A stretch of DNA of 63,756 nucleotides, filler included, from Octopus bimaculoides (lineage: Eukaryota): NCBI RefSeq assembly GCF_001194135.2. It is 8 parts of 7 records of this genome, joined end to end, with 100 filler letters (N's around TTAATTAATTAA, not from the genome) between each part and the next. Parts side by side here need not be neighbours in the genome. Positions count along the whole stretch, not along the records: positions 14,323 to 40,136 come from NC_068995.1; positions 40,237 to 43,018 come from NC_068984.1; positions 43,119 to 52,074 come from NW_026377973.1; positions 52,175 to 55,699 come from NC_068981.1; 4 more parts are not named here. One strand, 5' to 3'. A program made the position numbers and the translations under genes. The notes under the pieces are model-generated. The model did no database searches. It was not told the origin of the DNA and saw only the letters and a list, made by a program, of their open reading frames with translations. This document shows positions 39,261 through 52,604 of the stretch, in pieces. Position 1 is the first letter of the stretch. Every line of letters starts with the position of its first letter.

Positions 39261-40236
39261 TCAGCCAAGAATATCAGCGTATTTAGATTAGTAGACCTTT
39301 CGCATTCACCCCACCGAAACTTCGTTGTTTACTCAGCAATCACATTTCTTTCTTTTTTTTTCCTTCCTTCGATTCTTTTCTTCTTTCCTTTCTTTCTTCC
39401 TTCCTTCCTTCCTTCCTTCCTAACTAAAGACATCCACCGTTGATGATAGTCAAGACCCGTTTACTATTTCTTTCTCTAGAGACTTCCTCACCAATACAAA
39501 AACCATTTGACTCGTTGTTAAAGACCTATTATTCTCATCTATTTTATTTTATTTTCTGATTAAAGTTGTTTTTGTTGCTGACGTAAAAACGATTCCTGTT
39601 TGTTCGTTTTCTTTGGTTCGTTCTGTATTTACTGGAAATGAAATCATTATTACAAAACACAACCTTATGAGGACAAATCGGTATTTTCTTTCTTTTACTT
39701 TTTTTTTTCACAACAGATTCGTATACTAAAGACACACTCAGACATATTTACGCACACAAAACATATGTACTGACACACACATACAGACACACAGACACAC
39801 AGACACACACAAAGATAGATATTATACACTTACGTACGTATGTGTGATTGATGGAGATAACACCTAGAGGTGAAAGGCAATTAAAGGAAATAAAGTACTC
39901 AATACTGTTCCGAAGAGAGGAGAAAGTATTTATTGGAGGCTGAGTTTGTGAAAGACGCTAATCAGAGACTTTCATTGCATATCTTCAGATTACGCCAGAT
40001 CGAGAAAGAAGAAACACCAAGTAGAGACTCTAACTGACTCGGCTTTCAGTACATATACCCATCCATACAGATACAGGCGCGCACACAAACACACACGGAT
40101 AACACACACATGCATATATATATATATATATATATANNNNNNNNNNNNNNNNNNNNNNNNNNNNNNNNNNNNNNNNNNNNTTAATTAATTAANNNNNNNN
40201 NNNNNNNNNNNNNNNNNNNNNNNNNNNNNNNNNNNN

Positions 40237-42147
40237 ATGGCAATGCAGATGCCCTCAGTCGCTTGCCATTCGGTGATGACAACGACTTTGACAGAAAGGA
40301 AAATGGTGAAGACATAGACATGGTGTGTGCCATCAAAGCTCTCAGTATTCAAGTCCAACCTGTGGATGCTAACGTCCTCCGTCAAGAGTCAGGGAAAGAT
40401 CCAGTGATATCTACTGTGATGCGTTACGTCCGTGAAGGCTGGTCACCAAAGAACATGGAGATCAATGACGAAGTCAACAAGTTCCGGAAGTTATCAAACT
40501 CACTCAGTGTCTGCCATGGATGCCTTATACATGGATCTAGAGTTTTGATTCCACATAGCTTGCAGCCAAAGATCCTCAATCTTCTGCATCTTGGACACTT
40601 TGGCNNNNNNNNNNGATCTAGAGTTTTGATTCCACATAGCTTGCAGCCAAAGATCCTCAATCTTCTGCATCTTGGACACTTTGGCATGGAACGCATGAAA
40701 CAACTAGCAAGAACTGCTGTTTATTGGCCTGGTATCGATGCTGCTATAGAGATAGCCAGTCGACGATGTGATTCGTGTAACGATCTAAGCCTCTAGTTCA
40801 CCCATGGATGTTACCAGAAAAGCTGTGGAGCCGCTTACACCTGGACCACGCAATAAATTTTATGGGTAGAGATTGGCTGGTGATCACAGATGCTTATTCC
40901 AAGTACCCATGCATTCATTCTACTTCCTCCACGTCCTCCAAAGCCACTTTAAATCTGCTTGAGGAAGACTTTGCGCACTTCGGATTTCCTCACACACTGG
41001 TCACCGATAACGCACCAACTTTTACGTCTGAAGAGTTCCAGAGCTGGTGCAAAGAACGTGGGATCACACACCTGACAGGGGCACCTTACCACCCAGCTAC
41101 CAACGGAGCAGCGGAACGTTTGGTGCAGACCTTCAAACAAGCTCTGNNNNNNNNNNNNNNNNNNNNNNNNNNNNNNNNNNNNNNNNNNNNNNNNNNNNNN
41201 NNNNNNNNNNNNNNNNNNNNNNNNNNNNNNNNNNNNNNNNNNNNNNNNNNNNNNNNNNNNNNNNNNNNNNNNNNNNNNNNNNNNNNNNNNNNNNNNNNNN
41301 NNNNNNNNNNNNNNNNNNNNNNNNNNNNNNNNNNNNNNNNNNNNNAGCTCTGAGGAAGTCTTCTCTTCCGCCGACACGAGCACTTCAAGAGTTCTTGATG
41401 CAGTACCGGAGAACACCGACATCCTGAGGATTCTCTCCAAATGAACTTTTGAATCACCGGCAGATACAAACAAGGATTGATTCTCTGCTGCCATCGCCAG
41501 CACACATTGCTCAAAGCAAACAGTCTAAGGTAGCATATAAGTCTCAGGTGACTCCGGGCTCGGGTGATGTCGCTAAAGTTACCAGGCAGTACAAGGCTGG
41601 AGATCCTGTGTATGCACTATACTATGGACCTCGCCGAGACAAAGATCCCCGATGGGTACCAGCAATCATTAAGAAGTTATTGGGTACTCGCTGCTTTAAC
41701 GTCAAGGTCATACCTCATGGCCCGATGTTGAGACCACACTGGGAACAGCTGCGACCGCGGTACACGACTAAGGAAGACAATGAACCTGGTGATGCAGAAG
41801 ACACTGTATTTGAATTTGCAACAGATCACCCGATGGAGATCACGGAAACTGTGCCACTAACTCAAAGACTGACCAGACCCAAGACCATGTTACCCGTTCC
41901 GGAGTATGGACCAGACAACCCAAGACGGTCCAAGAGAACCCGTAAAACCCAAGAGAGACTTTGCTGTTGATACTTCTTGTATAGCATCAATTTCAGTGGG
42001 GAGGTGTTATATGGACTATTAGATTTGTTTGTTATTCGTCTGAAGTCCCATATTTCAATATAGTTCGTCTGAGGTCCCTATTTCGTTGCTGTTTTGGAGT
42101 GACTGTCGAGGTTGAATGTTATTGGGATATATATGGCGAGGACAACA
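40237..42147 (+). mobile_element. Ty3/Gypsy LTR retrotransposon 3' portion (end of RNase H/linker, integrase, PPT, 3' LTR)
   Basis: Integrase zinc-finger HLGHFGMERMKQLARTAVYWPGID..C..C; catalytic core LHLDH..LVITDAYSKYP, LVTDNAPTF, GAPYHPATNGAAERLVQTFK; PPT AGTGGGGAGG at about 41995-42004; LTR TGTT..AACA at 42005-42147. Contains a frameshift and a premature stop. Confidence 0.92.
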
Positions 42148-42149
42148 TT

Positions 42150-42830
42150 CTTGTTTCTTGATAACTAACAATTCGGTGAGTGAGTTCTTTGCTTATAGTT
42201 AATAAATAAATGTGATAACTAAATTGTACAACTCGTTGTGTTTTCTCTGCGAGTCCGCTGAGAGGAATACAACACAGGGAGACATAAGAAAAGCATTTCA
42301 AGCTGCTTCTCATTTTTCACATAAAGCTTTATATCATCCATAAAAAGATGATTTATCTGCCCATATTTTTTCCCCAAATCATAAGCTATTTTTACTTCTC
42401 GTAATATTAAACTGAGCGGTATTATGACCAAAACAAATAGTAATGGAGATAAGGTATCACCTAGAAATATACTACGTCAGATGTTTACGTTTTCAAGTAT
42501 TTGTTTTCCTCTAATATATACAATATTTCATACTTTCAGTGAGCATTTTCTCTATATTTTTCGCCACTCCAGTCATGCTCAATGTTTTACTTACCAAACT
42601 GTGTGGTACCATGTTATATGCTTTTCTGTAATCCAACCACGCTACATTCAAACCTGTCAATCTGCGTCTACAATTTCTAATTATCATTTTATCAACTAAA
42701 AACTGGTCTTTAGTTGCCCTACTATGCTTCGTGCTTCCTTTCTGTTCTACAGGAAGCAAATTGTTACTTTCCAAATGATTATATAACTTTTCCTCCAAGA
42801 GACCAGTCATAAGCTTCCACATATGCTATA
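42150..42830 (-). mobile_element. R4-clade LINE reverse transcriptase fragment
   Basis: WKLMTG..LLPVEQKG..TKDQFLVDK..VAWLDYRKAYNMVPHS and LFMDDIKLYVKNEKQL. Confidence 0.85.
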
Positions 42831-42904
42831 TAGCTTGTGTTGCATGCCCCTTGACCCACGAATAAGTCAAGAAGGAAGGCGCAAGGGTAGACAGACAGAC
42901 AGAC

Positions 42905-42941
<37 letters not shown>

Positions 42942-43169
42942 CATTTCTTTTATTAGCCACACAGGGCTCAACGAAGATGGGACAAATACAATGTAGAGCT
43001 TTTCTTTTTGGGAGGGGGNNNNNNNNNNNNNNNNNNNNNNNNNNNNNNNNNNNNNNNNNNNNTTAATTAATTAANNNNNNNNNNNNNNNNNNNNNNNNNN
43101 NNNNNNNNNNNNNNNNNNTCAGACTGAGTTGAAATTTCATTGGTTAATTCTTTTATACACAAACTCGGA

Positions 43170-43243
<74 letters not shown>

Positions 43244-43452
43244 AAAATATCAAAAAATAAGCAACACGGATTTCAAAGGTGTTGCTTATTTTTTGATTTT
43301 AATCACCTATCCTTTTGGGATGCGATATTCGGGTGCCTACGCATAAGTACCATATTCAAGCCTTGAATCTATATCTAAACCGTCTATCTATCTATCTATC
43401 TATCTATNNNNNNNNNNTCTATCTATCTATCTATCTATCTATCTCCTTCTTC

Positions 43453-43514
<62 letters not shown>

Positions 43515-44009
43515 AATGTCGCAGTGAATCACCAAGGAAATAAAATTGAATGGTATATTGAAAACGATAAATGGAGTGAAATTCGTCAATGAATAGATGC
43601 AGAAACGGGTATTAAATAGTGCAGGATGTATGACATTGAAAAGAGCTAAAATCTTTTTTTCAAATACTGAAGTTTCAAAACACAGGCTAATGACAGCCCT
43701 GCTAGACGTTATATACCTTTGATAAGGGAGTATCGAAATTATAATCCCTTTCACATTTATAAATTGTCAAGCAAACTTAAAGATTTGTCGTTACCGTTAT
43801 TATCAGTCTGGGCAGAACTTATGAATCGTTTACTGCGAAGGAGAAATTAAATATAGTTCTATATTTAAGAGATGAGGAATTATGTACATTATTTACATTA
43901 TTTATATTATTTACATTCGACGGATATTTGTCCTCATCTTGTTTGGATAAGATGAGGACAAATATCCTTCGAATGTAAATAATGTAAATGATGTAGAAAT
44001 TAAATATTA

Positions 44010-44559
44010 ACATTAAAATTTTAATGTTAATGAAGCCCATGTTCGAAATTGGCGTAAACAGTACGACAAATTGAAAACTGTTCCTAGTAATAAACAGACA
44101 AAAATAAAAACATGCAATCAAGATTATCCATATTATTACATTCTTTCAATCAGGAATATCCATATCCCTATGTATGTCAATGGTGCTCCATTGCGATAGG
44201 TAGAAACTCCGAGCAATGTAAAATATGTCCCGGATCGTGTTTACTAACAAGAACGTGAGACTTAAAAAATTTAATGGTTTTAGTAAATTTATACAGAAAA
44301 AGTAAGCATTATACCATCCAGTATAAGTAAAAGTCAACTTCATTATATCTAAGTCATTATTTTTTCTGTAAAAACCTATTCTGACATTAAATTAGTCAAC
44401 TTCCGGTACGAATGTTTACGTTTTGTACGTCTTTTTTCAACAAAAAATTTGTAAAAAAATTCTGGAAATGATCTACTCATGTAATTTACGCCCCCCACCC
44501 AAGTTTATTTTTATTCTTGCAAAAAAGAAAGTGCGTAAATTACATGGGTTTTCACAGTA
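44010..44559. mobile_element. pogo/Tigger-like remnant
   Basis: FNVNEAHVRNWRKQ, an HTH-like N-terminus, at about 44010-44060. Inverted pair catgtaatttacgc/gcgtaaattacatg at 44478-44546, ending ..ttttcacag-TA. Confidence 0.45.
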
Positions 44560-45440
44560 GTAAGTATCTTTGATAATATGAAGTTCTTGTCACGCAGAAT
44601 ATCTGATAAATTGGGAATATTCTTATAGGTATATTCCGAGAATTAGATTTAAGTGTCGCTGATGATATCAACCGTAGTGTTGATAACTTCCTGTACATAA
44701 CATTAGCTTTAGATACTGAAAAATATTTCTCTTAAAGGGAACTAAATGAATGATTATTGTGTATCAGCAACAATTCAAACCATCCTCTCACAGTTTTCAA
44801 ACTTGTCAAAAGCCCCCTATCTTCAGATGAAGCTTTTCTTAATTGCTTTCCTAGTAACTGTAAATGAATGTTATGAAATAGTAGTTTGATAGACAAATGT
44901 ACTGCATAATAAATAATATTCATAACTTTAATCACGAAAATGTCAAAACGTTATATAGTTTACCTCTTCTATTAGTTTAAATCAATTCTGTATCACTTTC
45001 CTTGTGAATCATAAATATAATAATTTTTTATAGAAATTCTATCGCAAGCTTATTTGCAACTTCTATTTCTAAATTAAGCACTTAAAACCTGATATAAACA
45101 ACCAAACACTTCCCTCTATTTGTGGCTTTAATAATATTTCAGTCACCTGTTCTTTTAGCGAACAAACTCTGTTCCAGAATCTTCAATTTAACTCATTGAA
45201 CATGAACAGAGAAGATTCTGAACATTAAGGAAGAGAATATTTCCCCTTGCATTCACAGTCAACAGTTTGAATTTCGAAGTTCCAAACATGACCCTTATCC
45301 GCCATGCATCTATTCAACGTGGGTAAATTCTTTGGTTATTGATAATATGCATAGTATGTGTCACAGACATATACCACAGTGACTCATGCGGGAACTCTTA
45401 ACCACATACGATTCATAAAAATGTATACATTTAATCTCAT

Positions 45441-45835
45441 TGTGGAGGCGCAATGGCCCAGTGGTTAGGGCAACGGACTCACGGGCATAGGATCGCAGTT
45501 TCGATTCCAAGACCGGGCGTTGTGAGCGTTTATTGAGCGAAAACACCTAAAAGCTCCACGAGGCTCCGGCAGGGGATGGTGGCGAACCCTACTGTACTCT
45601 TTCGCCACAACTTTCTCTCACTCTTACTTCCTGTTTCTGTTGTGCCTGTAATTCAAAGGGTCAGCCTTGTCACACTGTGTCACGCTGAATATCCCAGAGA
45701 ACTACGTTAAAGGGTACACGTGTATGTGGAGTGCTCAGCCACTTGCACGTTAATTTCACGAACAGGCTGTTCCGTTGATCGGATCAACTGGAACCCTCGA
45801 CGTCGTAAGCGACGGAGTGCCAACAACAACAACAA
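45441..45835 (+). mobile_element. SINE family C, full-length (395 bp) with 16-bp TSD
   Basis: tRNA head ggcgcaatggcccagtggttagggc (A box) and gtttcgattcc (B box), (AAC)n tail, TSD atacattt(a/g)atctcat at 45425-45440 and 45836-45851. Confidence 0.9.
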
Positions 45836-45896
45836 ATACATTTGATCTCATAAATGTTTGTGAAGTCGCCTCATTGACTAATATGCGTTGGAAACT

Positions 45897-46490
45897 TCAG
45901 AAACTCCATAGACGATAATAGTACATACTCATATGTATACAGGTTCTTGTAGATAAATTGAGACGATTTTTACGATGCATAACACTAGTTATAAATACTA
46001 AAATAATGGTAGTAGACAATTTTAATGTAACATTTATTATAACTAAAATATTTATCACTGAATATGGCCGCTCTTTTAAGCAATTACTGCCTCCACACGA
46101 GAACGAGCATCTTTTGATGCTGTTGCAACTCCCACCCTTTTGAATTGGCGTGTCGCACGCGCGATGCAGGTCTTCAAACTGTCGACACTCAAGTGTGGTG
46201 AAGCATTGGTCCTTGCTTGAAGTACGCCCCATAGAAAGTAGTCGAGAAGGTTGAGATCTGGGCTATTACTGGGCCAGATGTTGGCCCTCACAGAAAATGG
46301 CACCTTCTCACCAAGGAAGGCCTGTGTTGCTTTTGGCCCATGGCATAGTGCAGAATCCTGGATAAGATACTCCTTTGTACCGATCTTCAAGCCATACTCA
46401 ATGAAGTGTGGATCCGTAACATTTCCTTCACTCGCCATGGCTCCAAATAACATCACAGAGGCAGGATTCTTTGTCTCAAACACAGGGGGA
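45897..46490 (-). mobile_element. Tc1/mariner (maT, DD37D) transposase remnant
   Basis: ASVMLFGAM..QDSALCH..WPSNSPDLNLLDYFLW. I counted 37 residues between the second D and the terminal D. Confidence 0.85.
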
Positions 46491-46539
46491 CACCAGAAAG
46501 ATTGTATGCAATCACTTACTGTTCGATACTATCGTGTAC

Positions 46540-46603
<64 letters not shown>

Positions 46604-46918
46604 GATGTTTCTCTCTCTCTCCCTCCCCCTCATTCTCTATATCTTACTGTTGAGGTTGAAGTACTAGAAAATGTACCTATGCTATATTTTTCGAAGTGAT
46701 TTCTTTGTCTCTCAACGAGCATACATACATATATACGCACAAACACACACGCACACAGACACACACTCTCACAAACACGTACACACACATACACGTATAT
46801 ACACATACACGCACATACATACACCCCCTCCATCTATCCTTCCATTTATACATATATAATTACATACATATATACATACACATATTTTTAAGTTATACGC
46901 ATAACCGTATATATATAT

Positions 46919-46991
<73 letters not shown>

Positions 46992-47289
46992 TACAAACAT
47001 ACATACATACATACATACATACATACATACATACATACAGAAGTAGTATATGAACGTATGTGTGTATGTGCGTGAGTGTCCACATGTGCGTGCTTATGTG
47101 TGTGTACGTGTGTGTATGTGTGTACGTGTGTGTATGTATGTATGTATGTATGCATGTATGTATGTATGTATGTATGTGTGTGTATGTGTGTGTACGTAGG
47201 TAGATTGCTGGTTGGCGTCTTTTCGTTGATAATTTTGTAAGAGTGGATGCCTGTTGTGTATAATAATAATGTTGTGTATAATAACGTCG

Positions 47290-48787
47290 AGCTATAAACT
47301 TTACACTCATTATCTGAAACGTGTCCTCTTTCTTCCTATGTCTTTGGCTCTCTTTTATCTCCTCGCATCTCTGTCTGTCTGTCTGTCTCTTTCTCGTTGT
47401 ATCTCTTGTATCTCTGTCCCTCTCTCTTTTTCTTTTTCCCTGTCTCTCTCTCTCTCTCACTGTATCGTATCTCTCTGTCTCTTTCTTTCCCCTGTCTCTG
47501 CCTCTCTGTCTTTCTGTCTCTTTTTATCTCTGTCTGTCAATCTCTATTTTTTTCTCTCTGTCTTCTCTCTCACTTTGTGCTTCTGTATCTCTCTTTCTCA
47601 CTCTTTCTTTCCCTTTATTTATCTCACTTGCATCTCTGGTGTATCTCTCTCTGTCCCTCTTCTTCTCTGTCCCTCTTCTTCTCTGTCTCTCTTCTTCTCT
47701 GTCAGCCTGTCTGTCTCATTATATCTCTCTCTCTAATTTTGTATCTATTTCACTCTTTCTTTCTCTCTGTTTCTATCTCTCTTTGTATCTCTGTCTGTCT
47801 GTCTCTCTCTCTCTCTCACTTGTGCTTTAGTATCTCACTATCTCTGCGTTTCTTTCTTTCTCTCTGTCTTCTCTCTGTTTTGTATATCTCTCTCTCTCTG
47901 CTTTTGTATCTCTCTGTTTTTGTATTTCTCTCGCTTTCTTTTCCTTTGTCTTTATCTCTCTTTTATCTCTCTTTTATCCCTCTTTTATCTCTGTCTGTCA
48001 ACCTCTCTTTCTTTCTTTCTCTCTTTGTGCTCTTTCTCACACTTCTGTCTCTATTTCTCTTCATTTCTTTGAATCTTTCTCTCTCTATCTCTCTATCTCT
48101 CTTTATGTCTCTCTTTCTTATTCGGTCTCTCTCTTTAAATCTTTGTGTCTCTCTCTCTGTCTGCCTTTCTACCTCTCTTTGAGCTTTTGTATCTGTCTGC
48201 CTGTCTGCCTGTCTGCCTGTATGTCTCCTTCTCTCCTTGCCTTCTCTCTCTTTCCTTCTCTCTCTTTCCATTTCTCTTTGTCTCTTCGTATCAATGTCAT
48301 TCTCTCTCTCTCTCTTTATCTCATTATATCTCCCCACTCTCTTTTTCTTTCTTTCTTTCCCCCTCTCTCTCACTCTGTGAATTTCTCACTATTTTTCTCT
48401 CTCTCTCTCACTCTCTCCCTTTTATTTCTTCAATCTCTGTCTCTCTGAGTCTCTTTTTCTTTCTTTGTCTGTCAATCTCTCTTTCTTTCTCTCTGTCTTC
48501 TCTCTTTGTATTTTTGTAATTGTCTGTCTGTCTCTCTATCTCTCTTCATTTCTTTGTATTTCTGTATCTGCCTATCTTTTTCTCTCTTCATCTCTTTCAA
48601 CCTCCCCCAATCTTTCTTTTTCTTCCTCCACCTCTCTCTTTCACTCTGTGTCTTTGCATCTCTCTGTCTCTCTGTCTTTTTCTATTTCCCTGTCTCTATC
48701 TCTCTTTGAGTTTTCGTATCTGTCTAACGCTCTTTTCTTTGTTTGTTTGTTTGTTTGTTTGTTTGTTTGTTTGTTTGTTTCTTTCGT

Positions 48788-48880
<93 letters not shown>

Positions 48881-48910
48881 TTTTCTCTTTCGCCCTGCCT
48901 CTCTCTTTCT
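47290..48910 (+). repeat. About 1.6-kb degenerate polypyrimidine (CT/TTTC/CTGT) tract
   Basis: Direct reading. This tract is the source of the many Leu/Ser ORFs. Confidence 0.9.
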
Positions 48911-49230
48911 CTCCTCTTCTGTCTGTCCAGTTTCCTATACTATAATATTCCTGAAAAACAATCAACGTTATACAAAAACACAATCATTCTCTGTTACAGT
49001 TGATTTTAGTGGTTGCGCGAACGCGCCTGTATGTGTATCTCTGTATGTGTGTGTGTATATGCATGTATGTATCTGTGAGTGTGTGTGTTTGTACAATATA
49101 TTCTTAGATTTTTAACATTCTGCAGTGTACTATCCTTTGATAACTGTCTGTTTTTGAAACTATTTATAGGTTATTTTTATACATAACAATAAAATATTAG
49201 TGACTTATATTGTATAATGGATATATGTAT

Positions 49231-49271
<41 letters not shown>

Positions 49272-49439
49272 TATACATATGTATATATATGTATATATAT
49301 GTATATATATGTATATATATGTATATATATGTATATAATATATATATGTATATATATATGTATGTATGTATGTATGTCTGTACGCATGTATGTGTGTATA
49401 CAGGTTAACGATGTTTCCTGAGTCATAGAAACTCAGAGA

Positions 49440-49628
49440 ACCATCCCCAGCACCTGGATGGGACGCCGTTCCATCGCAGCGTTACTCATTTTTGCCGGCT
49501 GAGTGGACTGGAGCAACGTGAAATAAAGTGTTTTGCTCAAGAACACAACGCGTCGCCCGGTCCAGGAATCGAAACCACAATCTTACAATCATGAGTCCAA
49601 CACGCTAATTACTAAGCCACGCGCATCC
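49440..49628 (-). mobile_element. CORE-like tRNA SINE
   Basis: Reverse complement has gtttcgattcc (B box), then gtgttcttgagcaaaacactttatttcacgttgctccagt, the same core as the 22820 copy. Confidence 0.75.
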
Positions 49629-50175
49629 TCACAAACACACACACACACACACACACATGTATGTGTACACACACATGTATGTGTACACACACATATATGT
49701 ATGTCCGCACAGACACATGTATGTGTACACACACATATATGTATGTACGCATATGTTATTTTCTACCTGTTTCGGTCGCTAGACTGCATTCATACCAAAC
49801 CACTAAATTACAGGGACGCTATGAAACCAAAACAGTTTGTCGAGCGGCGGTGAGGGAAAACCACACTCTCTGTCTGTCTGTTTGAATGTCTGTCTATCTG
49901 TCTCTTTCTATATATATGCAAAAATACACTCAAACACACATACATATATATATGTAACTCTGTGTTTCTTGAAACAGCTGTCGAGTTCTTCATATTTTTC
50001 TGTATTTTTGTGTTTCATGTAAAAATATATGTATAAGTATATTGATATATATGTACCCTTTTGTCTATGAATTTATGTAGATATATGCATGTATATATGG
50101 ATATACATATACCTATATATATATATGTATATATGTATACATACATAACTCATATATATATATATACGTGTGTGT

Positions 50176-50223
<48 letters not shown>

Positions 50224-50491
50224 AGCGTAGTTGAGATTATTTGCGTTATTACCTCTATATATGTATGTATGTATACACACATACACAATGTACATGTTTA
50301 TACATATACACAGCCATATATACACCTGGCTTCGCCATGAGTAAGGTTCTATTTTCGAGGAAGGCACAACATTGACATTGTAAACAGGAGCCTTCCTTTT
50401 CAAATTCCCGTTTCTCATAACTTTCCCTTAAAGGAACGGCGAATTGGCGAAATTGTTAGAACGTGGGGTAGATTGGTTTTGCAGTATTGCA

Positions 50492-50885
50492 TTCTTTCAC
50501 TTGTTCCAGTCACTTGACTGCAGCCATGCTGGAGCACCACCTTTAGTCGAGCAAATTGACCCCAGGACTTATTCTTTGTAAGCCTAATACTTATTCTATC
50601 GGACTCTTTATCCGAACCGCTAAGTTACGGGGACGTAAACACACCAGCATCGGTTGTCAAGCGATGTTGGGGGTCAAACACACACGCACAAACACACACA
50701 CACACATATACATACATATACATATATACGACGAGCTTCTTTCAGTTTCCGTCTACCAAATCCACTTACAAGGCTTTGGTAGGCCCGAGGCTATAATAGA
50801 AGTCTTTTGCCCAAGGTGCTGCGAAGAGCGACTTGAACCCGAAACCATGTGGTTGGTAAGCAAGCTTCTTACCACTCATCCACGG
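50492..50885 (-). mobile_element. SINE family A, full-length
   Basis: Reverse complement of the family A head, microsatellite and tail. Confidence 0.85.
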
Positions 50886-51075
50886 CAGCACCATAATAAA
50901 AAAGAACAAATGGTGACACTTCTGTCTAGAATTATAACCGACAAATAATGTCAGTAATTAAAGAAAAACACGAGAAAAAAAGAAAACAACGCAAATATAG
51001 TTTCCTTCGTTCAGTCAGGAGATTGACTGCCACTAGACCTTTATGAAAGCTCAGATGGAACTTACAACGACTGCT

Positions 51076-51121
<46 letters not shown>

Positions 51122-51174
51122 ATATATATTTATGTATATTTGTATACATATATACGTGTATTTTTATCTGTCTG

Positions 51175-51227
<53 letters not shown>

Positions 51228-52175
51228 GTAAATATACATCCACACACATACATACACACGCATACACACGCATACACACACACATGTACACACATATACA
51301 CACACACATATATACACACATACACACACATATATATATACACACATACATCCATACATACTGTCGTACAGACACGCACTGACACATATTTATATAAAAT
51401 ATGGGTGTACGTGTGTGTGTTGTGTGTGTTATGTGTGCACGTTTGTGTGTGTGTGTGCGTGTGTGTGTGTTTGTGTATTGTGTGTGCGGTTGAGAAGGTC
51501 ATGGGAACGTTGTGTCTGTGTGATTGAACGAGAAGACGAGGAGAAAGAGAATGCCACAAAATATATGTAATGTGCTTGTGTATATATGTCTGACAGTCCA
51601 GAGTTTGTACTGGAGCAATCGAGAATAAGGATATTAGAATACGTACGTTTACGTCTGCAATCGTCTATTTTTAATCTCTATGCATATATATATATATGTA
51701 TATATATATTCTATTTCTATTCAGTTAGCCTAGCTGGAGTTTTCATCAAAACGTCATTTTATTCCGTTCAAGTCACCATTTTCTTTTTTCTCTTCCCACT
51801 CTCCATTGTCTGAAGTCGAGAAAGCATTATCTGTCTTTTCAATTGTAAACATCGTTCTATTTATGTCCGTGTATATGATATATATAATACTGAATTTACA
51901 AACTTTGCATATTTCCTATACTTCCAAACTACTATAATTGTCTGTTTTATATATATATATATATGAGTTTTGTGTTTGTATGAAACGGTGCAAATGGAGG
52001 ATTTGATGTATATGTGCATATATGTATGTGTGTATGGATGTATGTATATACATTTATATATATGTATATATAATNNNNNNNNNNNNNNNNNNNNNNNNNN
52101 NNNNNNNNNNNNNNNNNNTTAATTAATTAANNNNNNNNNNNNNNNNNNNNNNNNNNNNNNNNNNNNNNNNNNNNT

Positions 52176-52470
<295 letters not shown>

Positions 52471-52604
52471 TTCTGTTACTCAAAGCCAAAAAGTTTTCAA
52501 CATCGCCTCGTATGTACACGAACGCATCGGCGAATAAAATTAGGGAAGTGTGTTGCTGAGAAAAGAAAAAAAGTTTAAAATTTGGATGAAAGTCAGACCC
52601 ATAT

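Noticed and set aside
45441-45520. tRNA gene
   Set aside because: A and B boxes are present, but the sequence continues into a SINE body with TSDs and has no acceptor-stem closure. The same applies to the other tRNA-like heads.
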